Origin: an uncultured Nitrospinaceae bacterium
GTDB taxonomy: Bacteria > Nitrospinota > Nitrospinia > Nitrospinales > VA-1
Assembly (NCBI GenBank): GCA_964412825.1
Contig: CAYPQH010000004.1
Location: 2,642 to 38,244, forward strand
Length of the DNA: 35,603 bases
Direction of reading: 5' to 3'
Shown here: positions 24,826 through 33,789 of the stretch, piece after piece
Layout: each line of letters begins with the position of its first letter
Position numbering within the stretch: position 1 is the stretch's first letter
Notes under the pieces: model-generated
The model's input: only the letters and a program-made list of their open reading frames with translations
Databases searched by the model: none
Told to the model about the DNA's origin: nothing
Translations under genes and position numbers: made by a program

Positions 24826-25500
24826 TTATTTTCCACCTTCTTTGGTCATTGTGTCGAGGAAAGAGTTTGCTTCCTTAATAGCCGCTTCCATTTCTTTTAT
24901 TAACGAAGCCACATCTGTTTCCACCGTCGCCAGCTCTTCTTGCAACGAGGCAATGGCGGTCGCATTTAGGTTATGTTTGAGAGTGAGCACCTGATTCTTT
25001 AAAGCTGACAATACGGGATGAATTTTTTTCTCGGCTTTTTTCATCGCCTTGATCAATATACCGTACCGTTTTTTGGTTGACTTGAGTTGCCCCGCACTGT
25101 TCTTCCGTAGTTTAGCGTTGGTGTATTGCCCCAACTCATCTTCCCATTCTTCAAATAAAGCTCCCGCCACATGCTCTACCTTTTCGATTCGGTCCTTCAC
25201 ATCTTCGGCCTTATCTTCGCTTTTTTCATACACTTTATTGAGTTTTTTATATTTATCTTCCAGACTACCGCCTTTGAATTTCAAGGTGGCCGAAAACTGT
25301 TCCAAAGCCGAATTGAATTGCTCTTTAGCATCCTGTTGAGAGTCGCGTGCGCCTTCAATACGGTCTGCCAAAATATCCCGTTTGTGAGTGCCAAATTTTT
25401 CCATGGTGTTGTAATAGGCCGTTTGACACCCGGAAAAAATCCATAAAAGTGTCACCCAACCTATAAAAATTCGAACTGACTGCTTGTTCATATCTTTCAC
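24826..25500 (-). CDS. DUF2959-like coiled-coil lipoprotein
   Basis: 224 aa. Lipobox IFSGC followed by QTAYYNTMEKFGTHKRDILADRIEGARDSQQDAKEQFNSALEQF, which I recognise as the DUF2959 N-terminal signature. The rest is helical and charged. Confidence 0.7.
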   Translation of the reverse strand: MKDMNKQSVRIFIGWVTLLWIFSGCQTAYYNTMEKFGTHKRDILADRIEGARDSQQDAKEQFNSALEQFSATLKFKGGSLEDKYKKLNKVYEKSEDKAEDVKDRIEKVEHVAGALFEEWEDELGQYTNAKLRKNSAGQLKSTKKRYGILIKAMKKAEKKIHPVLSALKNQVLTLKHNLNATAIASLQEELATVETDVASLIKEMEAAIKEANSFLDTMTKEGGK

Positions 25501-25855
25501 TCCTGATAGGCCTTTTAAAATAGAAAAAAATTTTCACTCACAATACAAGACCCAGCTCTTGTCAATGCGATGAACTGAATTCAATATTAGAACTACTAAA
25601 TCAAGTATTATTAGAGTTCCCCAATAAAGTTGTTTCCAAAACACAGAAAATTATAATACGGATTTCATTTCCAATGGGTTCTATGCCATAATTCCTTTCT
25701 CTGCTAATAAATCATTGCATGTAAGCGTATCGTTCGATTTATTCAGAAAAAAAGGCTTATGAGTATACTCTATCTAATCCCCTAATTGTTTTGAGTATTT
25801 TACTGGGGAGTCCTTTAAGTCTTCTCACTCATTCCCTTGATCACTAGATGTTTGC

Positions 25856-26599
25856 ATGGGCATCCTGAAAATTCTAATCAAAAGATTTCTGGCAGTTATT
25901 TTAGACATTTTGCCACTTCTTTGCGTTATCTTTGTTTTCCAGACCTTCGTCATACAGAAACCCTTCCCCCACCTTGAGCAAACCCTTATTGGAATTGGAT
26001 TGGTAGTCCTCGGCCTGTTTCTTTTTATCATGGGCCTTGAAAATGCCTTGTTCCCTTTAGGAGAACGGCTCGCCGATCAATTCGCCCAAAAGGGAAATGT
26101 ATTTTGGCTTCTGGCATTTGGGTTCACCCTGGGGTTTTCGACCACCATCGCAGAACCGGCTCTGACCATCATTGCCAATAAAGCGGGGCATCTGGCCGCA
26201 GACTCGGGTTTAATTCAAACGCATGATTCCGAAATTTCATCTTTCGTAAATGGACTACGCCTCACCGTTGCCATGGCCGTGGGAATGGCCACCGCAATTG
26301 GTGTTTTTCGGATCATCAAAGGGTGGCCGTTGATCTGGTTCATTCTCACCGGATACGGATTGATAATTATCGCGACCTTTTTTGCACCCAAGCAAATCAT
26401 CGGAATCGCATATGACTCAGGCGGAATCACCACATCCACCATCACCGTGCCTCTTGTCACCGCACTTGGAATTGGGCTGGCAGTGGCTATCAAGGGTCGA
26501 AATCCGATGGCCGATGGATTCGGATTGATCGCTTTGGCGAGTCTCACCCCCATATTATTTGTCATGATATATGGCATGTTTGTTTTAGGTATTGCATGA
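25856..26599 (+). CDS. DUF1538-family integral membrane protein (copy 1)
   Basis: 247 aa, about 6 TM. Motifs shared with copy 2: GLE.A.FP.G, FS.T.AEPAL, AYDSGGITTSTITVPLVTALGIGLA, DGFGLIA.ASL.PI. Confidence 0.75.
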   Translation: MGILKILIKRFLAVILDILPLLCVIFVFQTFVIQKPFPHLEQTLIGIGLVVLGLFLFIMGLENALFPLGERLADQFAQKGNVFWLLAFGFTLGFSTTIAEPALTIIANKAGHLAADSGLIQTHDSEISSFVNGLRLTVAMAVGMATAIGVFRIIKGWPLIWFILTGYGLIIIATFFAPKQIIGIAYDSGGITTSTITVPLVTALGIGLAVAIKGRNPMADGFGLIALASLTPILFVMIYGMFVLGIA

Positions 26600-27399
26600 T
26601 GGAAACGGAAAATAGGATTATTGAGCTCCTTCAGGAATCTTTTAAAAACACCCTTGTGGACATTTCGCCCATCCTGTTGGTTCTGGTATTTTTCCAAGCC
26701 ATTATTCTCAGGAAAAATATCCCTCATCTCAAACAAATTTTATTCGGGCTTGTTTTAGTAGTAGTCGGGTTGGCAATTTTTATCGTTGGTTTGGAAGAAT
26801 GCATTTTCCCCATCGGGACCCAAATGGCGAATCAATTGACAGATCCTCATTTTCTTGCCAATGGTGACGAGGAAATCATCAGGAGTTTTTTATCTGCGGA
26901 TCAAGTGGACCCTTCTCTCTATGCCTGGACTTATATTTTCGCCTTCCTGATCGGGTTTTCCACCACGCTCGCGGAGCCTGCTTTAATCGCCGTGTCCATC
27001 AAAGCCAGGGAAATTTCGACCGGAGCAATTTCGGAATGGGGTTTACGGTTCGCCGTGGCTTTTGGGGTGGCATTTGGAGTTACATTGGGGACCTACCGGA
27101 TAATTATGGGAACTCCACTTTATATTTACATAGCATTGGGCTACTTGTTTCTTATTATCCAAACCATTTTTGCTCCAAAAACAATTATCCCCCTGGCTTA
27201 CGATACCGGCGGGGTGACAACGTCCACGGTAACTGTCCCAGTATTGGCGGCATTAGGCATCGGGCTCGCGTCCAATGTTCCCGGAAGATCCCCGATTCTG
27301 GATGGTTTTGGCCTCATAGCATTCGCTTCCCTTTTTCCTATTATCGCTGTTTTAGCCTATGCTATGATCGGACAATGGCTCGAAAATCGTCAACACTAG
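26596..27399 (+). CDS. DUF1538-family integral membrane protein (copy 2)
   Basis: 267 aa and paralogous to copy 1 (AYDTGGVTTSTVTVPVLAALGIGLA; DGFGLIAFASLFPI). ATGA start/stop overlap with copy 1. Confidence 0.75.
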   Translation: MMETENRIIELLQESFKNTLVDISPILLVLVFFQAIILRKNIPHLKQILFGLVLVVVGLAIFIVGLEECIFPIGTQMANQLTDPHFLANGDEEIIRSFLSADQVDPSLYAWTYIFAFLIGFSTTLAEPALIAVSIKAREISTGAISEWGLRFAVAFGVAFGVTLGTYRIIMGTPLYIYIALGYLFLIIQTIFAPKTIIPLAYDTGGVTTSTVTVPVLAALGIGLASNVPGRSPILDGFGLIAFASLFPIIAVLAYAMIGQWLENRQH

Positions 27400-27496
27400 T
27401 CACATAAAAATCTTGGAAATTCAACCTGGACCAATGGCAAAATCAAACATTTATAAAATTTCACAATGCCAACCAAACTCTAAAAGGTAAAGACCG

Positions 27497-28204
27497 ATGG
27501 ACTTTATGAAGAAACAAGGTTGGACCATCCTGATTATTTTATTAGCTATCCTATTTGCGGTCTCAGGTTTTATCTTTCTTCACGAATACTACAGTAAGGA
27601 AATAAGTGATTTCAGTGTTGAAATAATGGCCGCTGTCATCGGAACAATTTTCACCGTTTCCGCGATGGCCATTCTAATGAGGATGGAAGCGGCTCAAGAA
27701 AAAGAAAAGGAGTTTTCTAAAGATATTTTCACCAAAAAGATACAATTGTACGAAAGTTTAATCACTGCCATTTTTAAAATGGATGACAATAATATAATAG
27801 AACAAGATGAAGTTACGGATATTGAAAACAAAATTGGAATATCTTGCCTGGTAGCAGGTGAAAACCTGGTTTCAGTTTTGTCCCAGTTTTTAATTCAACT
27901 GAAATTGTTTGGGAGAATTTCGAAAGAAATAATGCGAGAAGATAATTTTGCCGAGCAATTTATCATCCATTTCAAAAAAAATCCCGACCATTTAGCCGAC
28001 ACCAAAAAAATGTTTTTGAATAAAAACAGCAAAATTAGAAAAGAATTGATTCTCGAAAATTTTGAGGATTTTTTTATCTCATTAGATGGATTGGTACAGG
28101 CAGTACGAGACGACTTGATTCAGGTTGAAGGTGATGTGAAGGAAAGGGTTGGCTATTTTGTAAATACAAAATTAATTTCAGTCAACTTACCGGGGCGGGT
28201 TTGA
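27497..28204 (+). CDS. Hypothetical membrane-anchored protein (2 N-terminal TM helices plus a charged soluble domain), AT-rich orphan
   Basis: 235 aa. TM1 WTILIILLAILFAVSGFIFL, TM2 IMAAVIGTIFTVSAMAILM, then a Lys/Glu/Asn-rich domain. Its codon composition is visibly more AT-rich than its neighbours. No family recognised. Confidence 0.55.
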   Translation: MDFMKKQGWTILIILLAILFAVSGFIFLHEYYSKEISDFSVEIMAAVIGTIFTVSAMAILMRMEAAQEKEKEFSKDIFTKKIQLYESLITAIFKMDDNNIIEQDEVTDIENKIGISCLVAGENLVSVLSQFLIQLKLFGRISKEIMREDNFAEQFIIHFKKNPDHLADTKKMFLNKNSKIRKELILENFEDFFISLDGLVQAVRDDLIQVEGDVKERVGYFVNTKLISVNLPGRV

Positions 28205-28284
28205 TACCCGATGAAAAAAAACTAATTTTATCCAGGTAAAATTTCTCCGTAACAATGTCTAACTTTAATTAAGGAAAAAACGAT

Positions 28285-28632
28285 ATGCGTTTTAAAGTTA
28301 TTCTTGCTTTGGTCAACGACTCCTATCAGGAGGAGGTCATTGATGCGGCTAAAACAGCGGGAGCGACAGGGGTCACAATATTAAATGCCCGAGGAGAAGG
28401 AATTCACGAGCATAAATCATTTCTTGGGTTGTCAATGGATGCGCAAAAAGACATGCTTCTCTTTTTGGTTGAGGATTTCAAATCCGACGACATTATGGAC
28501 GCCATTTACAAGGCGGGTAATTTGGACGAACATGGCAATGGAATCGCGTTTTCCTGGACAGTCGATCGAGCCATTGGTCTGGAAAGCCAGCTTCCCAGTA
28601 TGGAAAAAGACGCCAAGCAAAAATATTTTTAG
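28285..28632 (+). CDS. PII-like signal-transduction protein (non-canonical, short T-loop)
   Basis: 115 aa. It aligns to the GlnB fold by eye: beta1 KVILALV, alpha1 EEVIDAAKTAGATG, beta2 VTILNARGEG, short loop IHEHKSFLGL without the canonical Tyr51 context, beta3 MLLFLVED, B-loop-like HGNGIAFSW. Confidence 0.75.
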   Translation: MRFKVILALVNDSYQEEVIDAAKTAGATGVTILNARGEGIHEHKSFLGLSMDAQKDMLLFLVEDFKSDDIMDAIYKAGNLDEHGNGIAFSWTVDRAIGLESQLPSMEKDAKQKYF

Positions 28633-28638
28633 GAGACT

Positions 28639-29034
28639 TTGATGACAAAATACCAATCGGTCCGGGACATTATGATGGCTGATTTTTTAACCATTGAGGG
28701 CATCACCAAAGTTTCGGACGCTTTGGAGACGATGAACCAAAAAAAACTCAATGCCATCCTTATTAAGCCAAGATCCGAGATGGATGTCTATGGCATCATG
28801 ACTCGCAGAGACATTGCCCGAAAAGTCATTGGCCATAGGAGAAAACTCCATGAAACCCACGTATATGAAATAATGACCAAGCCAGTACTCAGCGTCCCCC
28901 CCAGCATGCCCATTCCCTACGCCGCAAGGCATTTAACCAATTTCAAAGTGTCGTACGCAACGGTGCTGGAAAATGATACGGTGATCGGTATAATTTCTCT
29001 CAACGGGATGGTTCAGCACTGGGACCAGGGATGA
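28639..29034 (+). CDS. CBS-pair domain protein
   Basis: 131 aa with two CBS motifs (VRDIMMADFLTI...AILI...GIMTRRDI; VYEIMTKPVLSV...ATVLENDTVIGIISLNGMV). AGGAG RBS upstream. Confidence 0.85.
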   Translation: MMTKYQSVRDIMMADFLTIEGITKVSDALETMNQKKLNAILIKPRSEMDVYGIMTRRDIARKVIGHRRKLHETHVYEIMTKPVLSVPPSMPIPYAARHLTNFKVSYATVLENDTVIGIISLNGMVQHWDQG

Positions 29035-29084
29035 CTTCAAATGACAGGATTATTCAAATAAAGCGTTATTGACAAGGATTTAAA

Positions 29085-29669
29085 ATGTTAAACAGCAAAT
29101 CTTGTTTTTTGGGTTGTCTAGTTTTCTTATTAGTTTTCCTGACGAATGTGTCCCCATTGTTTTCCCATGAGATGGAAAACAAAAAAACTCGGGAATTTTT
29201 ATCAAGCCAGAACGATCCTGACTCAAAGCACGGCATTCCCAGGGCAGACAAAGAAGACAAGGCTCTCACTGACTTGGGCCTTGTTGAAGGCAGGGTATCA
29301 GGTATCTGCCCTCAAATACGCAATACTCCGCAGGCGCCAAATTCTTTCCAGGGATTGACCAATCCCCTCGACCCGACTAAAAAAAACCTGCTGGCCGGAG
29401 AGACGTTATTTAAAATTGATGCACAGCCCACAGCCTGCAAGGTATGTCACGGATTCGATGGAGACGGGCTGGGAATTATTTTTAAGCGATTGCAACCCAA
29501 GCCCCGAAATTTTACCTGTTACTACACAATGGAAGATATTTCGGACGGTCAGATCTTTTGGATCATCAAAAATGGATCGCCGGGAACCCCAATGCCGTCT
29601 TTTGGGGCTTTGAGTGACGAGCAAGTGTGGCAGTTGGTTCTCTTTATCCGCCAGTTCGCCCATAAATAA
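29085..29669 (+). CDS. Class I c-type cytochrome (mono-haem), secreted
   Basis: 194 aa with a signal peptide, one CxxCH (CKVCHG) and a downstream Met ligand context GTPMPSF. C-terminal helix WQLVLFIRQF. Confidence 0.8.
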   Translation: MLNSKSCFLGCLVFLLVFLTNVSPLFSHEMENKKTREFLSSQNDPDSKHGIPRADKEDKALTDLGLVEGRVSGICPQIRNTPQAPNSFQGLTNPLDPTKKNLLAGETLFKIDAQPTACKVCHGFDGDGLGIIFKRLQPKPRNFTCYYTMEDISDGQIFWIIKNGSPGTPMPSFGALSDEQVWQLVLFIRQFAHK

Positions 29670-29759
29670 AGTCAATACCGCAATGCCAGCCTGTGCCCGA
29701 AAGGACATGATACCCTAGGCTCTGCTCTGGCATTCAAATCCTCAATGAATTGACTGACG

Positions 29760-30386
29760 TCACCCTTTTTTCAGAGAACTTCCTGTGCGACTGTCCCAAA
29801 TCACTTTATCGGGGCTTGAAACGTGTTTGGCGTGAGCTATCCAATAATCCCACTTGGCTTCTATCTTCAATATTTTCACGCATTCGTCAATGCCATGCGA
29901 CCCCGCCATATGAGAATACAACTGGCCTAAATCTTTTATGAACGTATCCTGCTCGGATTTATATCTGTCCTGAGCTTCCGCAATGTTTGCCAACGTATTT
30001 TCCGCAACCGTATCATAAGCAAATGATATTTTCTGAGAGTGTTGAAAATCTACAAAATAATTGATATAGACCCAGAAAGCAAAAGGAAACACCGCCAAAC
30101 TCCAGACTCCAATTTTCAGAGTTTTTTTATCTGAAAAAATTCCTCCGAAAACCAGAATAAACCCGATAATGAGAGAATATAATGAGGCGTCGGTATAATA
30201 TTTAGCGGGCCTTACTTTTTCTCCGCACGGACTATCCTCTGCATTGGCGCTCAATATTTGCGAAGAAGAAAAGGCTCCCCAGGTATTTAGGTTCGAGTGC
30301 CCTAAGGCAGGCGCTTCCGATTTTATCAGGACAGCGCCGGTGAATACGACGAAAAGGATGCAGGTTGCGACAAATTGCTTTAGCAT
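29760..30386 (-). CDS. Hypothetical membrane protein (3 hydrophobic segments plus a C-terminal soluble domain)
   Basis: 208 aa. N-terminal hydrophobic segment, then two TM helices (LYSLIIGFILVFGGIF; IGVWSLAVFPFAFWVYINYF). The tail reads AENTLANIAEAQDRYKSEQDTF, which resembles the segment following the N-terminal helix of type IV pilin-like proteins (weak). Confidence 0.55.
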   Translation of the reverse strand: MLKQFVATCILFVVFTGAVLIKSEAPALGHSNLNTWGAFSSSQILSANAEDSPCGEKVRPAKYYTDASLYSLIIGFILVFGGIFSDKKTLKIGVWSLAVFPFAFWVYINYFVDFQHSQKISFAYDTVAENTLANIAEAQDRYKSEQDTFIKDLGQLYSHMAGSHGIDECVKILKIEAKWDYWIAHAKHVSSPDKVIWDSRTGSSLKKG

Positions 30387-30518
30387 TTAAAAATCAATTT
30401 TCTTTATATCGAGAATAAAACTATAATCGCCTGAACACTGAAAAGCGTATTATAGACGCTGTTTTTATTATTAAAAGTTTTTCTTCCACCCTTTTAGGAC
30501 TGAATCGCATTAAATACA

Positions 30519-30941
30519 ATGAATAATGAAACGAGATTTGCCGATCAGAATAACGGAATGATCCTGGATAACGAGTCGGGCTTGATTTGGGCCAGGGAGG
30601 ATTCCTGGGCCATCGCTCAGGATTGGCTGACCTTTCAGGAGGCCTTGAGTTTTGTGGATGATTTAAATAAAAAGGATTATCTGGGGTTTCACGACTGGCG
30701 CATCGCAGAGAGAGAGGAAATCGAAAAACTTTTTGTCTCCGAAAGCTTAGTTATTGGAAGATCGAAACAGGAACTTCACCTGGACACCACATTTGCGCCC
30801 GGTGGAGGCAATGGTTCCTGGTGCCTTCCCTTTGACCAGCAGGCGGCATTTTATTTCAACTATTCCAGTGGAATTGCGCAGGGATTTGATCAGGATTTTT
30901 CCCAAGGGTACATCCGTCCGGTTCGTCTCTACCCGGATTGA
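30519..30941 (+). CDS. DUF1566 (Lcl C-terminal domain-like) protein
   Basis: 140 aa. GLIWAREDS...LTFQEALSFVDDLNKKDYLGFHDWRIAEREEIEKLF...YIRPVR fits the DUF1566 pattern (tGLmW...W.eA..yc..l...G..DWRLP...EL..L ... vr.VR). No signal peptide. Confidence 0.7.
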   Translation: MNNETRFADQNNGMILDNESGLIWAREDSWAIAQDWLTFQEALSFVDDLNKKDYLGFHDWRIAEREEIEKLFVSESLVIGRSKQELHLDTTFAPGGGNGSWCLPFDQQAAFYFNYSSGIAQGFDQDFSQGYIRPVRLYPD

Positions 30942-31360
30942 TTCAAGGGTTCGACACTTCGTTTAAAGCAGGAAACCAACTTGGGCATATTTTGTTCGGG
31001 ATGAATGACCTGGGTTATTTCGATAAAATCCGTTTCGTGGGCGATGGAAGCCAATTGATACCGTTCCCGGTCAACCTCCTCTTCATTCCCCAGATACTGG
31101 CAAAGGGCGGTTCTCAAAGCATCCCACTCCAGATACAGAAAAAATTGGTCGTCAGGGTCATCCAGTTCTAAAACCCGGGTCAAATCTGTAAAGTCGAGAT
31201 CCAGAACTTCCTGTGCCGGCTTTCCTGAACAATACTCCATATAACCCGTCCCGCCGCCGATTTCCTTGCTACAGGTGATTTTGGAAAAGTCAAAGCCCAA
31301 TAGACGTTCCTCAAGATCGAGTTTGATCGTTACCATTGACGATGTGTCTTTACAGGGCAT
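30929..31360 (-). CDS. Hypothetical protein (143 aa), no confident family
   Basis: Clean ORF, acidic. Cys residues in ITCSKEIGGGTGYMEYCSGKPAQEVL and ALCQY loosely recall IscU/NifU-N scaffolds, but this is unproven. Its 3' end overlaps the convergent DUF1566 gene by 13 nt. Confidence 0.5.
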   Translation of the reverse strand: MPCKDTSSMVTIKLDLEERLLGFDFSKITCSKEIGGGTGYMEYCSGKPAQEVLDLDFTDLTRVLELDDPDDQFFLYLEWDALRTALCQYLGNEEEVDRERYQLASIAHETDFIEITQVIHPEQNMPKLVSCFKRSVEPLNQSG

Positions 31361-31446
31361 CAGGAACCTTAAAGTATCGATTTATTTTAACAGTTTATCA
31401 CCGGGATAGCTCTTTCTTCAGGAAAATGATACTTTTCCGCCAAAGA

Positions 31447-32298
31447 TCATGATGGATTTCCCTGAAAATTCATACTGATATCGACCGCTCGGGCGGAGTG
31501 GGTCAAGGCCCCCACCGATACAAAGTCAATTCCGGTTCCAGACAATTCATCCAGACGTTCTAGAGAAATGGAACCAGAAACTTCGATTTTTGCCCGATGA
31601 TCGACCAGTTTTACGGATTCTCGAATCATCGCAGTCGCCATGTTGTCCAGCATGATGATATCCACTCCGGCGGACAAGGCTTCCTCCACCTCGATAATGT
31701 TTGTGGTTTCCACTTCGATGGTTTTATCTTTACCAAATTTTTTCCTGATCAGTTCCACCGCCCGGGCAATACTACCCGCCGCTTTAATATGATTGTCCTT
31801 GATCATCATCGCGTCATACAATCCGAAACGATGGTTCTCCCCGCCGCCACATTTTACAGCATACTTCTCGAACACCCTCAAACCCGCTGTGGTTTTGCGT
31901 GTATCCAAAACTGTGACAGGTCTTGCTTGTTCCACAAATTTGCGTGTGAGAGTTGCAATACCGCTTAGTTTTTGCAGGATATTGAGAGCGGTCCGTTCGC
32001 CCTCAAGCAAGGCAACGCCTTTACCCCGGACTTTCAGTATCACTTCGCCTGATGACACCTCATCGCCATCCTGATGACCCGGGCCAGAAAAAGCGCATGC
32101 GGCATCCAGCAGAGAAAATACCCGGCGAAATATTTCCATTCCGCACAGGGTCAAAGTTTCCTTTGCCGACACCTCCGCTGTCCAGATAGAATTATCATCC
32201 ACAATGCTTCGGGTTGTGATGTCCCCGGAACCGATATCTTCATCCAGTGCCCGTTGAACCAGTGCGTCGATTTCTTCGTTAGTGATCGATTCAGTCAA
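31447..32298 (-). CDS. nadC: Nicotinate-nucleotide diphosphorylase (carboxylating), quinolinate phosphoribosyltransferase
   Basis: 283 aa. EDIGSGDITT, ERTALN.LQ.LSGIAT, DTRKT.AGLR..EKYAV..GGG.NHR.GL.D..MIKDNH, IMLDNM. Confidence 0.92.
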   Translation of the reverse strand: MTESITNEEIDALVQRALDEDIGSGDITTRSIVDDNSIWTAEVSAKETLTLCGMEIFRRVFSLLDAACAFSGPGHQDGDEVSSGEVILKVRGKGVALLEGERTALNILQKLSGIATLTRKFVEQARPVTVLDTRKTTAGLRVFEKYAVKCGGGENHRFGLYDAMMIKDNHIKAAGSIARAVELIRKKFGKDKTIEVETTNIIEVEEALSAGVDIIMLDNMATAMIRESVKLVDHRAKIEVSGSISLERLDELSGTGIDFVSVGALTHSARAVDISMNFQGNPS

Positions 32299-32395
32299 AT
32301 TCTTTTACCATTTGCCTTAATACCAGGGGAATAAATTATGAAAAGTTATTTTAATTCAAAATTATCGAATATGTTTTAATATATTTCGAGCTCAA

Positions 32396-33751
32396 TTGAA
32401 AGCCTGGCTCACTGTAATCCACTATGTGATTTTTTTAAATATTTTTTATCCAAACAATCTTTTATCAGGCCGAATTTTGACAACATTCAAGTTACCAGCC
32501 GTATTCGATCTGGAAATTCTCCCGGACGCTAACTCATCGTCAAAACGGTTTTCCCGTTCTGACGAAAACAAGCCCGAACAAAAGATTCGCCTGAACGACC
32601 CAAAAACAGGACAAACCTGGGGTTTCGTGGTAATTGACAATACCGTTCGCGGCCCCGGCCTGGGAGGAATCCGTATGGCGCCGGATTTAACGCTACTAGA
32701 AGTTTCGCGTTTGGCCCGAGCCATGACATTAAAGAACAGCGCCGCTTGTCTTCCCCTGGGGGGAGGAAAATCGGGGCTGACGGTCGACCCTCATTTTTTC
32801 CAGTCGCATCCTTCACTTAAAAAAGAATTGATCCGTCTTTTCGCAGATGCCCTGTTCAAAATTGATCGTTATATCTCGGCCCCCGATATGGGAACCAATG
32901 AAATCGACGTGCAACAAATTTATGAAATTTTTTCAGATAAACTCGGAACCTCCCGCCACATGCGTGGAGGGGCGGGGCGGCCTCCTGAAAAAGGCGGCAT
33001 CCCCATAGACGATTGGGGGCTCACGGCCCATGGGCTGTTCACTGCCGCCATGACAATGGAAACTCTTGCAGGAGGTTTCCCCATTAAAAACGCCCGTGTG
33101 GTCATTCAGGGATATGGAAATGTCGGATCATGGGCCGCAACCAAGTTGTACCATGCCGGGGCTGTGATCGTCGGTGCGTCCGACATTCATTGCGCCTTAT
33201 GGAATCCTAAAGGGTTAAACATCGACGAATTAAACCGCATCCGCAAAAATCCCACAGGTTTAAAAGAATATTCCAACCCCGTCGAAAGACGATTTGGGCC
33301 AGACAAACTGGATTGGCTCCTCGAAGCCCCGTGTGAAATTCTGGTTCCTGCCGCACGGCCCGATTGTATCAACGCAAAAAATGCGGACCGCATCGACTGC
33401 AGAATAATTCTCCAGGGTGCCAATACCCCGTCCAACAAAATGACGGAATATTATCTTCAGAATCGAAGAAATATTCTTTCTCTTTCAGATTTCATCGTCA
33501 ATGTGGGTGGAGTCATTGGATGCGCTGTGGAACTTAAAATGACCGGGGACCCGGATTTCAAACAAAAAATGCTTAAAAAAGACCCACAAATTTATCTGGA
33601 AGAATTGATCGCAAAAACGGTCTCAACAAATGTCACGGAGGTCCACACGCGAATGACCGCGCAAAAACAAAAAGATGTTATTTTTCGGGATGAAGCGTTG
33701 AAGCTGGCGGAAGAAAGATTGTGTGCTCAATCCAAAGAGGAGTGGTTGTGA
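32396..33751 (+). CDS. Glu/Leu/Phe/Val dehydrogenase family protein (glutamate dehydrogenase-like); start codon uncertain
   Basis: Catalytic-domain motif LPLGGGKSG and NAD(P) Rossmann motif VVIQGYGNVGSW. There is no in-frame ATG before the conserved core. Candidate starts are TTG 32396, GTG 32426 and TTG 32477. The first ~27 codons look non-native. Confidence 0.85.
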   Translation: MKAWLTVIHYVIFLNIFYPNNLLSGRILTTFKLPAVFDLEILPDANSSSKRFSRSDENKPEQKIRLNDPKTGQTWGFVVIDNTVRGPGLGGIRMAPDLTLLEVSRLARAMTLKNSAACLPLGGGKSGLTVDPHFFQSHPSLKKELIRLFADALFKIDRYISAPDMGTNEIDVQQIYEIFSDKLGTSRHMRGGAGRPPEKGGIPIDDWGLTAHGLFTAAMTMETLAGGFPIKNARVVIQGYGNVGSWAATKLYHAGAVIVGASDIHCALWNPKGLNIDELNRIRKNPTGLKEYSNPVERRFGPDKLDWLLEAPCEILVPAARPDCINAKNADRIDCRIILQGANTPSNKMTEYYLQNRRNILSLSDFIVNVGGVIGCAVELKMTGDPDFKQKMLKKDPQIYLEELIAKTVSTNVTEVHTRMTAQKQKDVIFRDEALKLAEERLCAQSKEEWL

Positions 33752-33789
33752 TATCTAATTTAGAATTACGGCCTTTATTTTAGAAATTT

